Below are positions 29,596 to 37,446 of a DNA stretch of 64,000 bases, piece after piece. The translations under genes and the position numbers were made by a program. Within the stretch, counting starts at the first letter, position 1. Every line of letters begins with the position of its first letter. Below the pieces are notes generated by a model that saw only the letters and a list, made by a program, of their open reading frames with translations, ran no database searches and was not told where the DNA came from. This DNA is from Pseudomonadota bacterium (GTDB lineage: Bacteria > Pseudomonadota > Alphaproteobacteria > Sphingomonadales > Sphingomonadaceae), in contig JBCDIZ010000005.1 in the NCBI GenBank assembly GCA_038748365.1, positions 36,092 to 100,091 on the forward strand, given 5' to 3'.

Positions 29596-30248
29596 GCGAC
29601 GAGGCACATAGCAAAGATGATCTGCGCGCGGTGGAAGCGGTGCTGTTTGCTGCCGACACGCCTTTGTCAGTTAAAGAGATTACCGGCTATGTTGGCGACC
29701 AAGCAGACATCAAGGCGTTGCTGGAAGAACTGGCCGAACATTATGCGGATCGGGGTATCAGGCTGGTTAATAATGGCGGACTATGGCATTTCCAGACCGC
29801 ACCTGATCTGGCGCATTTGCTGCGACAGGAGCGCGAATCGGTGCGCAAACTCTCCCGTGCCGCGACAGAGACATTGGCGATTATTGCCTATCATGAACCG
29901 GTAAGCCGCGCTGAGATAGAATCAATCCGCGGGGTACAGACCAGCAAGGGCACGCTGGATGTGTTGATGGAACTGGAATGGATTCGCCCGGCCGGACGGC
30001 GCGAAACACCGGGGCGCCCGCTGATATATGCGACCACCTCCGAGTTTCTGGTGCATTTCGGGCTGGGTAGCCGTCGTGACTTACCAGGGATTGCCGATCT
30101 GCGTGCTGCCGGCCTGCTTGACCCGGTCGATGTCGCGATGGAGCAGGCTATGGGAGAGGGGCAATCTGATGATGACAGGGATGATCAGAAAGCAGCCGCG
30201 TCAGATGCGTATGAAGATTCAGTAGCGGAAATGCCTGATAATCCCTAA
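29592..30248 (+). CDS. scpB: Segregation and condensation protein B
   Basis: EAVLFA, LSRAATETLAIIAY, IRGV, GRPLIYATT. Confidence 0.95.
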   Translation: MSDEAHSKDDLRAVEAVLFAADTPLSVKEITGYVGDQADIKALLEELAEHYADRGIRLVNNGGLWHFQTAPDLAHLLRQERESVRKLSRAATETLAIIAYHEPVSRAEIESIRGVQTSKGTLDVLMELEWIRPAGRRETPGRPLIYATTSEFLVHFGLGSRRDLPGIADLRAAGLLDPVDVAMEQAMGEGQSDDDRDDQKAAASDAYEDSVAEMPDNP

Positions 30249-30317
30249 TATAGGCGTGTTGCGGGTTGGCATATCCGGCTTTGGCCAGATAGCGATCGGC
30301 CCGGTAAGGAGGCAGAT

Positions 30318-30554
30318 ATGTTGAGTAATATTGGCTTGCCGGGCCTTTTAGTGATTGCCGCTCTGGTCCTGCTATTGTTCGGTCGTGGCAAGATTTCCGA
30401 GGTTATGGGCGAATTTGGCAAAGGTATCAGCAGCTTCAAAAAAGGGGTTTCCGAAGAGGAGAAAGCCCCGGCTGCGCCTGAACCACGCCGCATTGACAGC
30501 GCCGAAAGCGTAAATACCGAGAGCGCCACAACCGAAACCAAGGCAGGCGAATAA
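30318..30554 (+). CDS. tatA: Twin-arginine translocase TatA
   Basis: [25 protein letters not shown]. Confidence 0.93.
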   Translation: MLSNIGLPGLLVIAALVLLLFGRGKISEVMGEFGKGISSFKKGVSEEEKAPAAPEPRRIDSAESVNTESATTETKAGE

Positions 30555-30579
30555 CCGCCGCCAGACGGGCTAATTAAGA

Positions 30580-30972
30580 ATGTTCGATATCGGTTGGACA
30601 GAACTTCTGGCCATCATCATTGTTGCGATTGTGGTGATCGGCCCGAAAGATTTGCCGCTGGCAATCCGCACCGCGGGCCGCTGGGTCGCGCGTGGGCGGC
30701 GGCTGATGGGCCAGTTTCGTGCCAGCATCGATTCATTGGCACATGAAGCCGAGATGGAAGAGATGGAGAAGAAGTGGGCCGAGCAGAATGAACGGATCAT
30801 GCGTGAACATGGCGATGCGGCCCCGATGCTGCCCGGTGTAACCGGCTATGCGGATAATGGCGACGATCAGGCAGCAGAAACTGGGCAATCGGCCTCTGAA
30901 AACACCAATGCAGAGAATGCCCAGGGCACATCCGAATCAGTCGAAACGGCCAAAAAGGATGTCGCGTCATGA
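30580..30972 (+). CDS. tatB: Twin-arginine translocase TatB
   Basis: MFDIGWTELL, VVIGPKDLP. Confidence 0.94.
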   Translation: MFDIGWTELLAIIIVAIVVIGPKDLPLAIRTAGRWVARGRRLMGQFRASIDSLAHEAEMEEMEKKWAEQNERIMREHGDAAPMLPGVTGYADNGDDQAAETGQSASENTNAENAQGTSESVETAKKDVAS

Positions 30973-31799
30973 GCGATGCTCCGGCACAGGATATTCCGGC
31001 TGGAGATGCGGCAGCGGACAAATCTGAAGCAGTTGAAACTGAATCGCTCAATGCCAGCAAGATGCCTTTGCTCGATCATCTGATTGAGCTCAGGCAGCGA
31101 TTATTATGGAGTCTGGTGGCTTTCGCTGTCGCCTTTATTGGATGTTTTGTTTTTGCTGAAGAAATCTTCGCCATATTGGCCCAGCCGTTGTTGGCGGCTT
31201 TTGACGGCAGCGATGGCAAGCTCATCTATACCAAGCTCTATGAGGCGCTTTTCGTTGAGTTGAAAGTAGCGCTGTTCGCCGCGTTTTTCGTATCTTTCCC
31301 GGTGATTGCCAACCAGCTTTGGCAGTTTGTTGCCCCCGGTCTCTACAACAATGAGAAGCGGGCATTTTTGCCTTTCCTTTTGGCAACGCCAGTGTTGTTC
31401 AGTGCTGGCGCAGCACTGGCCTATTTTGTGGTTATGCCGTTGATGTTCAGTTTTTTGCTGGAATATGAAGGGGATCGTGGCGGACTGGAACTGCAAGCGC
31501 TGCCGGGAATTGGCGATTATCTTGCTTTTGTTATGCAGATTATCCTGGCGTTCGGGATTGCCTTTTTACTGCCAGTACTGCTGTTGCTGCTCAATCGTGC
31601 AGGTCTGGTAAGCCGCGAACAGCTTGCGAAGCTGCGGCGCTATATGATTGTCGGATCCTTTGCCGTGGCAGCAATTATGACCCCACCTGATGTCGTTTCC
31701 ATGCTGTTTTTGGGGTTACCGCTAATTGCGCTTTACGAAGGCTCAATGCTGATCATGCGCTTCACGGAAAAACGCGATCAGGCCAGGGTAGAAGGCTGA
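30969..31799 (+). CDS. tatC: Twin-arginine translocase TatC
   Basis: PLLDHLIELR, FVAPGLY, TPPDVVS, LYE motifs. Confidence 0.96.
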   Translation: MSDAPAQDIPAGDAAADKSEAVETESLNASKMPLLDHLIELRQRLLWSLVAFAVAFIGCFVFAEEIFAILAQPLLAAFDGSDGKLIYTKLYEALFVELKVALFAAFFVSFPVIANQLWQFVAPGLYNNEKRAFLPFLLATPVLFSAGAALAYFVVMPLMFSFLLEYEGDRGGLELQALPGIGDYLAFVMQIILAFGIAFLLPVLLLLLNRAGLVSREQLAKLRRYMIVGSFAVAAIMTPPDVVSMLFLGLPLIALYEGSMLIMRFTEKRDQARVEG

Positions 31800-31816
31800 A
31801 TTTTTACGCCAAAAGC

Positions 31817-31960
31817 CTATTTGGCTGAATCAGCAGCATCTGCAACCGTATCCCCAGCAGACTCAATATCCCGACCGATGCCAGAAATAGTGTTGCAGGC
31901 AGTCACAAGCATCGCTGCAATACCAATAGATATTATCAGAACGGGCTTACGCATGGTCAT
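31817..31960 (-). CDS. Entericidin A/B family lipoprotein (not in ORF track)
   Basis: Hand translation MTMRKPVLIISIGIAAMLVTACNTISGIGRDIESAGDTVADAADSAK. Lipobox plus CNT-x-x-G-x-G-x-D motif; GGAG RBS. Confidence 0.85.
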   Translation of the reverse strand: MTMRKPVLIISIGIAAMLVTACNTISGIGRDIESAGDTVADAADSAK

Positions 31961-32044
31961 GGACTCCAATGTGATGGTCAATAGCTGATCAAATTACCAG
32001 CTCCATAGCATGTCTGACGCTGTATGGGAGATGACTGGCGAGAT

Positions 32045-32140
32045 AATAGCGTTCGGGCATGCTTGAGAAGGGGGGAGGATCACACGCCCGAACGCATATC
32101 TTGAGACAGGAAGAGGGGGGCTTGATGCTGTCTCAAACCA
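32045..32140 (-). ncRNA. Candidate two-hairpin small RNA with C-rich anti-SD loops (cuckoo/alpha-r14-like)
   Basis: Stems 32101-32109/32128-32136 and 32049-32058/32086-32095. Minus-strand loops contain CCCCCCUCUUCC and UCCUCCCCCCUUC. Boundaries approximate. Confidence 0.5.
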
Positions 32141-32284
32141 TAAACGACAGACCGCTGTATTTGGTTCCCGCTTCGAAGCAGATAATGAAAAAAAGAGGCC
32201 AGCTATCGACTAATGGGATTTTGCTGGCGACGAATGACCTGCCTTCCTGTCAGATGATTCGGCCAGTGCATTGGGTGCACACAT

Positions 32285-32310
32285 AAAAAAAGCGGGGCCG
32301 AAGCCCCGCT
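32285..32310 (-). terminator. Intrinsic terminator of small protein copy 1
   Basis: GCGGGGC-UUCG-GCCCCGC followed by U7 on the minus strand. Confidence 0.85.
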
Positions 32311-32335
32311 TGATGAATTTTGTTATACCGCGATA

Positions 32336-32575
32336 TTACGGGCTGGTAGGCAGATCATCATCGTCATCATTGTCAGCTGCAATAATGATACCACCGATAA
32401 CAGCAGCAGCAGCCAAGATACCGACAATAATACCGGTGCTGCCCTCAAGTTCACTTTCGCTGTCAGAAGCCTCAGCCGTGCGCGAAACCGGAGCAGACTG
32501 CGTAGCCTGAGCCAGTACCGGCGTGGTGGTCATGGCGAGAGCTGCAGCAGTTGCAGCAAGTGCACGGAACTTCAT
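32336..32575 (-). CDS. Small exported/membrane protein, paralog 1
   Basis: Signal peptide (VLA-QA), C-terminal hydrophobic helix, acidic tail ending PTSP. Strong AAGGAGA RBS and own terminator. Confidence 0.8.
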   Translation of the reverse strand: MKFRALAATAAALAMTTTPVLAQATQSAPVSRTAEASDSESELEGSTGIIVGILAAAAVIGGIIIAADNDDDDDLPTSP

Positions 32576-32780
32576 TTTTATCTCCTTGGATCACTCGATT
32601 CACTCTTTCACTAATCCAAATAGATGGACGAAACAACCCCCAAATATATGAAAAGCTGTTTACATTTGTCGGCACAGGTTGGTTGCGCGCATGTGATTTT
32701 TCAAGAGGAAAGACATCAAGATATCTCATACTCATAGCTCAAATTCACGACCTCGCATGAAGATAATCAGGCCAGAAAAT

Positions 32781-32811
32781 AAAAAAGCGGGGTCAAAGCC
32801 CCGCTTTTTTT
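32781..32811. terminator. Intrinsic (bidirectional-looking) terminator of small protein copy 2
   Basis: A6-GCGGGG-TCAAAG-CCCCGC-T7. Confidence 0.85.
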
Positions 32812-32827
32812 AAAAAGCTATGCCAAC

Positions 32828-33061
32828 TCAAGGGCTGGTAGGCTCATCATCATCGTCATCGGCAATAATGATAATAGCAGCAACGACGGCTGCTGCGGCA
32901 AGAATGCCGACGATCAGACCGGTATCGCCTTCTAGTTCACTTTCAGCATTGGAAGCTTCAGCTGCACGAGCAACCGGAGCAGACTGCGTAGCCTGAGCCA
33001 GCACTGGCGTTGCTGTCATTGCGAGTGCTGCAGTGGCCGCAGCAAGGACGCGAAATTTCAT
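32828..33061 (-). CDS. Small exported/membrane protein, paralog 2
   Basis: Near-identical architecture and sequence to 32336-32575, with the same leader GAGTGATC-x-AAGGAGATAA. Confidence 0.8.
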   Translation of the reverse strand: MKFRVLAAATAALAMTATPVLAQATQSAPVARAAEASNAESELEGDTGLIVGILAAAAVVAAIIIIADDDDDEPTSP

Positions 33062-33413
33062 CAGTTATCTCCTTTGATCACTCCACTTGCATAACGATTA
33101 GTTCAAATATCCAGCCCTTACAAGGCTAAATTCGTCACAAAATGTATTTATACCCATGATGATAGCGCTGCTTTGCTTGATCGTTCTGCCTATACATTAA
33201 CTTATATTAACCAATGCCTAGCTTTGCTGAATAAATGTAAATTATTGGCGCATCTTACGGCTGAAATGGGTCGTTTTATCTCAGAATGTAAGCTTTATCA
33301 GGCTTTTCATGAACCAGATTGTCTTAAAAATGTCGCAAAGCTATTTCTGGGAATATGCGACATTGAAATGGAAACGCACTTTGATGCAGCTTTGCTTCCC
33401 TGAAATTTTAGCT

Positions 33414-35114
33414 TCAGCGAAGCGCATTGTTGCTTGCATGCCACACCCGCTCACCACCAATCCAGGTCTCTAAAGGCCGAATCGTCCGAATCATCGATGG
33501 AGAAGCCAAAGTGATATCTTCATCGATTAAGAGAAAGTCGGCACGATGGCCTGGACTGAGTGATCCGAAACGCCCTTCAGCAAAGCCTGCCCAAGCAGCA
33601 TCTATGGTAAAAGCGGCGAGTGCTTGTTCGCGCATGAGGCGTTCTTGCGGCTGCCATCCACCAAAAGGCTCGCCATTTTCATCCTCGCGGGTCATTGCGA
33701 CTGCCAGGCCGACAAACGGGTTAGCCGCTTCAACCGGAGCGCCAGAACCAAAAGCCAGCCTTGTGCCGCTCTCGCTCAGGCTCCGCCAGGCATAAGCACC
33801 GGCGAGCCGTTCCGGACCGAGACGGCGCTCCGCCATCTCACGGTCAGATGTCTGATGCACGGGCTGCATTGAGGCAATAGCGCCATATTTTGCCAGGCGT
33901 GGCAGATCAGCAGGATCAAGTATCTGCGCATGTTCGATTCGCCAGCGCCGATCGGTGCCGAAGGTTTCAACCAGCTCTTCCATAGCATCCAGCACTTGCT
34001 GATTGGCCCGGTCGCCAACAGCCTGCACCGCGATCTGAAAGTCATCCATACTGGCGCGACTCATCAGGTTGAGGAGTTGGGTATCATCCAGGAACTGTAA
34101 GCCTGTTTCTTCCGGCGCGTCGGCATAGGGCTGTTTTAGCCATGCCCCATATGAGCCCAGCGCGCCATCCAGAGCCAGCTTCACTCCATTAAGCCGCAAC
34201 CGGTCGTCATAGAGCCAGGGTGTTGGCCCCGGGCCGCCAATGGTGATCATCGCGTCAATGCCATTAGCATATGACATGATACGCAGTTTCAGTGCGCCGC
34301 GATCGCCAGCGCGGCGATAGCTTTGCCAGGCTTCCATGGTGGTACCCATATCTGCCATGGCAGTGATACCCTGTGCCAACAGGATTTTCTGTGCCTCTTC
34401 AAAGGCCAAGTCGCGGTCAACCGGGCGTGGCGGTGGCACAAAACGACCGACAAGGTCTTCAGCAGCCGCAATGAATATGCCCGTCGGTTTGCCATTGGCG
34501 CGCTCAATCCGGCCACCAACGGGATTCGGCGTCTTTGCCGTAATCTTGGCAATCTCCATCGCCTTGCTGTTGGCCCATGCGGCCTGGCCATCAACGCGGC
34601 CGAGCAAAACCGGGCGATCGCTGACCACAGAATCAATCTCGGCAGCAGTCGGGAATCGGCCTAAGCCCCATTTCTCCTGATTCCATCCACGACCGATAAT
34701 CCAGGGACGATTAGGGTAAAGTGCAGCATAGTCGGCAATCGCTGCCTGTGCTTCCTCGAGCGATGTGATCTGACTCAGATCAAGTGTCAGTGCCTGAAAA
34801 CCGAGATCCATGATATGACCATGCGCATCGACCATGCCGGGTATCAGCGTCTTGCCTTTGCCGTCGAGCTTGTAATCAATATCTTCAGGGCGATCATCGC
34901 GGCGCTCGAGCAACTGTGTCACCCGTCCATCATCATCGAAGATCAGCCCGGTAAAACGGATCAACTCGCCCTCGCGATCTAGAGTGATACCGTTGACATT
35001 ATCGATCAGCGTATCGGCATAAGCTGCCGGGGCGAGTGCCACTAAAGCCATCATCGCAAAGGCGAGGGGGAACTTAGTCAATATTGCTTGCACTCCAGTC
35101 TTTCCATTCCTCAT
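33414..35114 (-). CDS. YtcJ/amidohydrolase_3 family protein with altered catalytic motifs
   Basis: DAHGH, GRGWNQ, KLALDGALGS, RIEHAQ present. QAVGD and FGSGAPV replace the usual HAIGD and FGSDAPV. Start uncertain. Confidence 0.85.
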   Translation of the reverse strand: MRNGKTGVQAILTKFPLAFAMMALVALAPAAYADTLIDNVNGITLDREGELIRFTGLIFDDDGRVTQLLERRDDRPEDIDYKLDGKGKTLIPGMVDAHGHIMDLGFQALTLDLSQITSLEEAQAAIADYAALYPNRPWIIGRGWNQEKWGLGRFPTAAEIDSVVSDRPVLLGRVDGQAAWANSKAMEIAKITAKTPNPVGGRIERANGKPTGIFIAAAEDLVGRFVPPPRPVDRDLAFEEAQKILLAQGITAMADMGTTMEAWQSYRRAGDRGALKLRIMSYANGIDAMITIGGPGPTPWLYDDRLRLNGVKLALDGALGSYGAWLKQPYADAPEETGLQFLDDTQLLNLMSRASMDDFQIAVQAVGDRANQQVLDAMEELVETFGTDRRWRIEHAQILDPADLPRLAKYGAIASMQPVHQTSDREMAERRLGPERLAGAYAWRSLSESGTRLAFGSGAPVEAANPFVGLAVAMTREDENGEPFGGWQPQERLMREQALAAFTIDAAWAGFAEGRFGSLSPGHRADFLLIDEDITLASPSMIRTIRPLETWIGGERVWHASNNALR

Positions 35115-36007
35115 GGCTTCGCTATCCGCTGCACCAGCGCGCTGGTGTCTTGCCGACCCGCACCCATTTTCTGCAGCTCGGCATAAAATTGATCGACCAG
35201 TGCAGCGACGGGCAGGGTGGCGCCATTGCTGCGCGCCTCTTCCAGCGCCAGCCCCAGATCCTTGCGCATCCAGTCGATGGCAAAGCCGAAATCGAAGCTG
35301 TCCTCATCCATCGTCTTCCAGCGATTATCCATCTGCCAGCTTTGCGCCGCGCCGCCGGAAATCGCCTCGAACACCAGATCGGTATTAAGTCCGCTGGTCT
35401 GGGCAAAACGCAGTCCCTCGGACAGCCCGCCCAACATCCCGGCGATGCAGATCTGGTTGACCATCTTGGTGGTTTGCCCCGCACCTGCCGGACCGACATG
35501 GACAATGCGCGCAGCATAGGCCTGCATCACCGGCTCGGCGCGCGTCATCGCATCGTCGCTGCCACCGCACATAATCGCCAGCGCACCATTTTCCGCACCC
35601 GCCTGACCGCCCGAAACCGGCGCATCAACGCAATGGATTTCGCGCGATTTACCCTCGACCGAAAGCTGTCGCGCCAGCCGTGCCGATACCGTGGTATGGT
35701 CGATAAACAGGCTGTCGGCAGGCATGGTCTCGAACAAACCATTGCGGCCCAGCGTTACGCCGGACAGATCATCGTCATTGCCGACACAACTGATCGCGAT
35801 GGCGCAGCCCTTGGCCGCCTCAGCCGGATTATCATGCACTGAAAGCCGCGCTGCCAGATCGGGGGCATCGGCGACCAGCGCCGCCACCAGAGCCTCGGCC
35901 TTGGCCCGGCTGCGGTTGAACAGACGCAGCTCATGCCCGGCCTGCACCAGATGGCGCACCATCGGCCCGCCCATAATCCCGGTTCCGGCAAATGCGATTA
36001 TCGCCAT
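35111..36007 (-). CDS. NAD(P)-dependent beta-hydroxyacid dehydrogenase family protein
   Basis: AGTGIMG, DAPVSGG, GAGQTTKMVNQ, MRKDL. Confidence 0.9.
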   Translation of the reverse strand: MAIIAFAGTGIMGGPMVRHLVQAGHELRLFNRSRAKAEALVAALVADAPDLAARLSVHDNPAEAAKGCAIAISCVGNDDDLSGVTLGRNGLFETMPADSLFIDHTTVSARLARQLSVEGKSREIHCVDAPVSGGQAGAENGALAIMCGGSDDAMTRAEPVMQAYAARIVHVGPAGAGQTTKMVNQICIAGMLGGLSEGLRFAQTSGLNTDLVFEAISGGAAQSWQMDNRWKTMDEDSFDFGFAIDWMRKDLGLALEEARSNGATLPVAALVDQFYAELQKMGAGRQDTSALVQRIAKP

Positions 36008-36157
36008 ATTGGCAGGCTCCCCTTGTCTTCGTGTCGCTGCGCGTCTTTATCTTGCTCGCCTCATGGCGGCGGCGGGGCGGCATGGTCAAGCCCGTAGCGC
36101 GTTTTTGGACAATTTGCCCCTTTGCATCATAGCGGCAAGGGTTTAGGCGATGGAGCC

Positions 36158-37408
36158 ATGAACAGCACAGCCACACAAATGCCCGACCCCGAGACCGCCG
36201 GCCTCACTATCGCCGATGTCCATGCCGCGCATCAGCGTATTGCCGGAGCCGTCGTCCGCACCCCGACATTGCTCAGCCGTACCCTGTCGGAGATTACCGG
36301 CGCCAATGTCTATCTGAAGTTTGAGAATCTTCAGTTCACCGCGGCCTATAAAGAGCGTGGCGCGCTCAACTTCCTGCTGCAAATGCCCGAAGAGCTGCGC
36401 GCCAAAGGCGTTATTACCGCTTCGGCAGGCAACCATGCCCAGGCGCTGGCTTATCATGGCACCCGGCTGGGCGTGCCCGTCACCATCGTCATGCCGCAGC
36501 CGACACCGACGGTAAAGGTGCAGCAGACCGAGGCCAATGGCGGCACCGTCATCCTGCATGGAGAGAAATTTGATGATGCCTATGCCCATTCCCGCGAGTT
36601 GGAGCAGGAGCGTGATCTGGTGTTCGTGCCGCCCTTTGACCATCCCTGGATCGCCGCAGGGCAGGGTACGGTTGCGCTGGAGATGCTTGAAGATTATCCC
36701 GAGATTGATCATCTGGTCATCCCCATTGGCGGCGGCGGCCTGTTCTCCGGCATGGCGACGGCAGCGCGCGCGGTGAAGGACACAATCCGCCTTACCGGTG
36801 TCGAGGCAGAGCTATACCCTTCCATGTATGCCAAGGTGAACGGCTTTGAGATGCCGTGCGAAGGCGACACACTGGCCGAGGGTATTGCGGTCAAGGAGCC
36901 GGGGAAATTCACCGCCAAGATCGTTAAAAAATATGCCGATTCGCTGGTGCTGGTGAATGAGGGCTCATTGGAAAAGGCGGTCAGCCTGTTGCTGCAGATA
37001 GAAAAATCGGTGGTCGAAGGCGCGGGCGCCGCGGGCCTCGCCGCAATGCTGGCGCATCCGGAGAAATTTGCCGGACATAATGTCGGCGTGGTGCTGTGCG
37101 GCGGCAATATCGATACTCGCCTGCTTGCCAATGTGCTGTTGCGCGATCTCGCCCGCTCAGGCCGCCTCGCGCGGCTGCGCATAAACCTGCAAGACCGCCC
37201 CGGCGCACTGTTCAAAGTGATGCGCATGTTCCACGAGCATAATGTGAACATCATCGAGATTTATCACCAGCGGGTCTTCACCAACCTGCCGGCCAAGGGT
37301 TTGATTACCGATATTGAATGCGAGGCGAGGGATGCGGAGCAACTGACACGGCTGATCAACGACCTGCGCGGGCAGCAATATCAGGTCGCGCGGGTGGAGT
37401 TGGCTTAA
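36158..37408 (+). CDS. ilvA: Threonine ammonia-lyase with C-terminal ACT domain
   Basis: KFENLQFTAAYKERGA, SAGNHAQ, PIGGGGL, EGAGAAG, CGGNID, DRPGAL. ATG 36158 with GGAG RBS. Confidence 0.9.
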   Translation: MNSTATQMPDPETAGLTIADVHAAHQRIAGAVVRTPTLLSRTLSEITGANVYLKFENLQFTAAYKERGALNFLLQMPEELRAKGVITASAGNHAQALAYHGTRLGVPVTIVMPQPTPTVKVQQTEANGGTVILHGEKFDDAYAHSRELEQERDLVFVPPFDHPWIAAGQGTVALEMLEDYPEIDHLVIPIGGGGLFSGMATAARAVKDTIRLTGVEAELYPSMYAKVNGFEMPCEGDTLAEGIAVKEPGKFTAKIVKKYADSLVLVNEGSLEKAVSLLLQIEKSVVEGAGAAGLAAMLAHPEKFAGHNVGVVLCGGNIDTRLLANVLLRDLARSGRLARLRINLQDRPGALFKVMRMFHEHNVNIIEIYHQRVFTNLPAKGLITDIECEARDAEQLTRLINDLRGQQYQVARVELA

Positions 37409-37446
37409 GGGCTTTCCAATCCTCCTCCCACCAGAAGGAGAGCATT

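Noticed and set aside
32336-33061. Small paralogs as the missing Flp pilins
   Set aside because: No G/xxxxEY prepilin motif. They have a Sec-type AxA signal and a C-terminal hydrophobic helix instead.
33197-33210. TTAA-N6-TTAA as a CtrA box
   Set aside because: The spacing is 6, not the canonical 7, and it lies in AT-rich DNA where such matches are expected.
33173-33403. 76-aa ORF in the AT-rich gap
   Set aside because: TTG start, no RBS or motifs. More likely the regulatory region of the small-protein gene.
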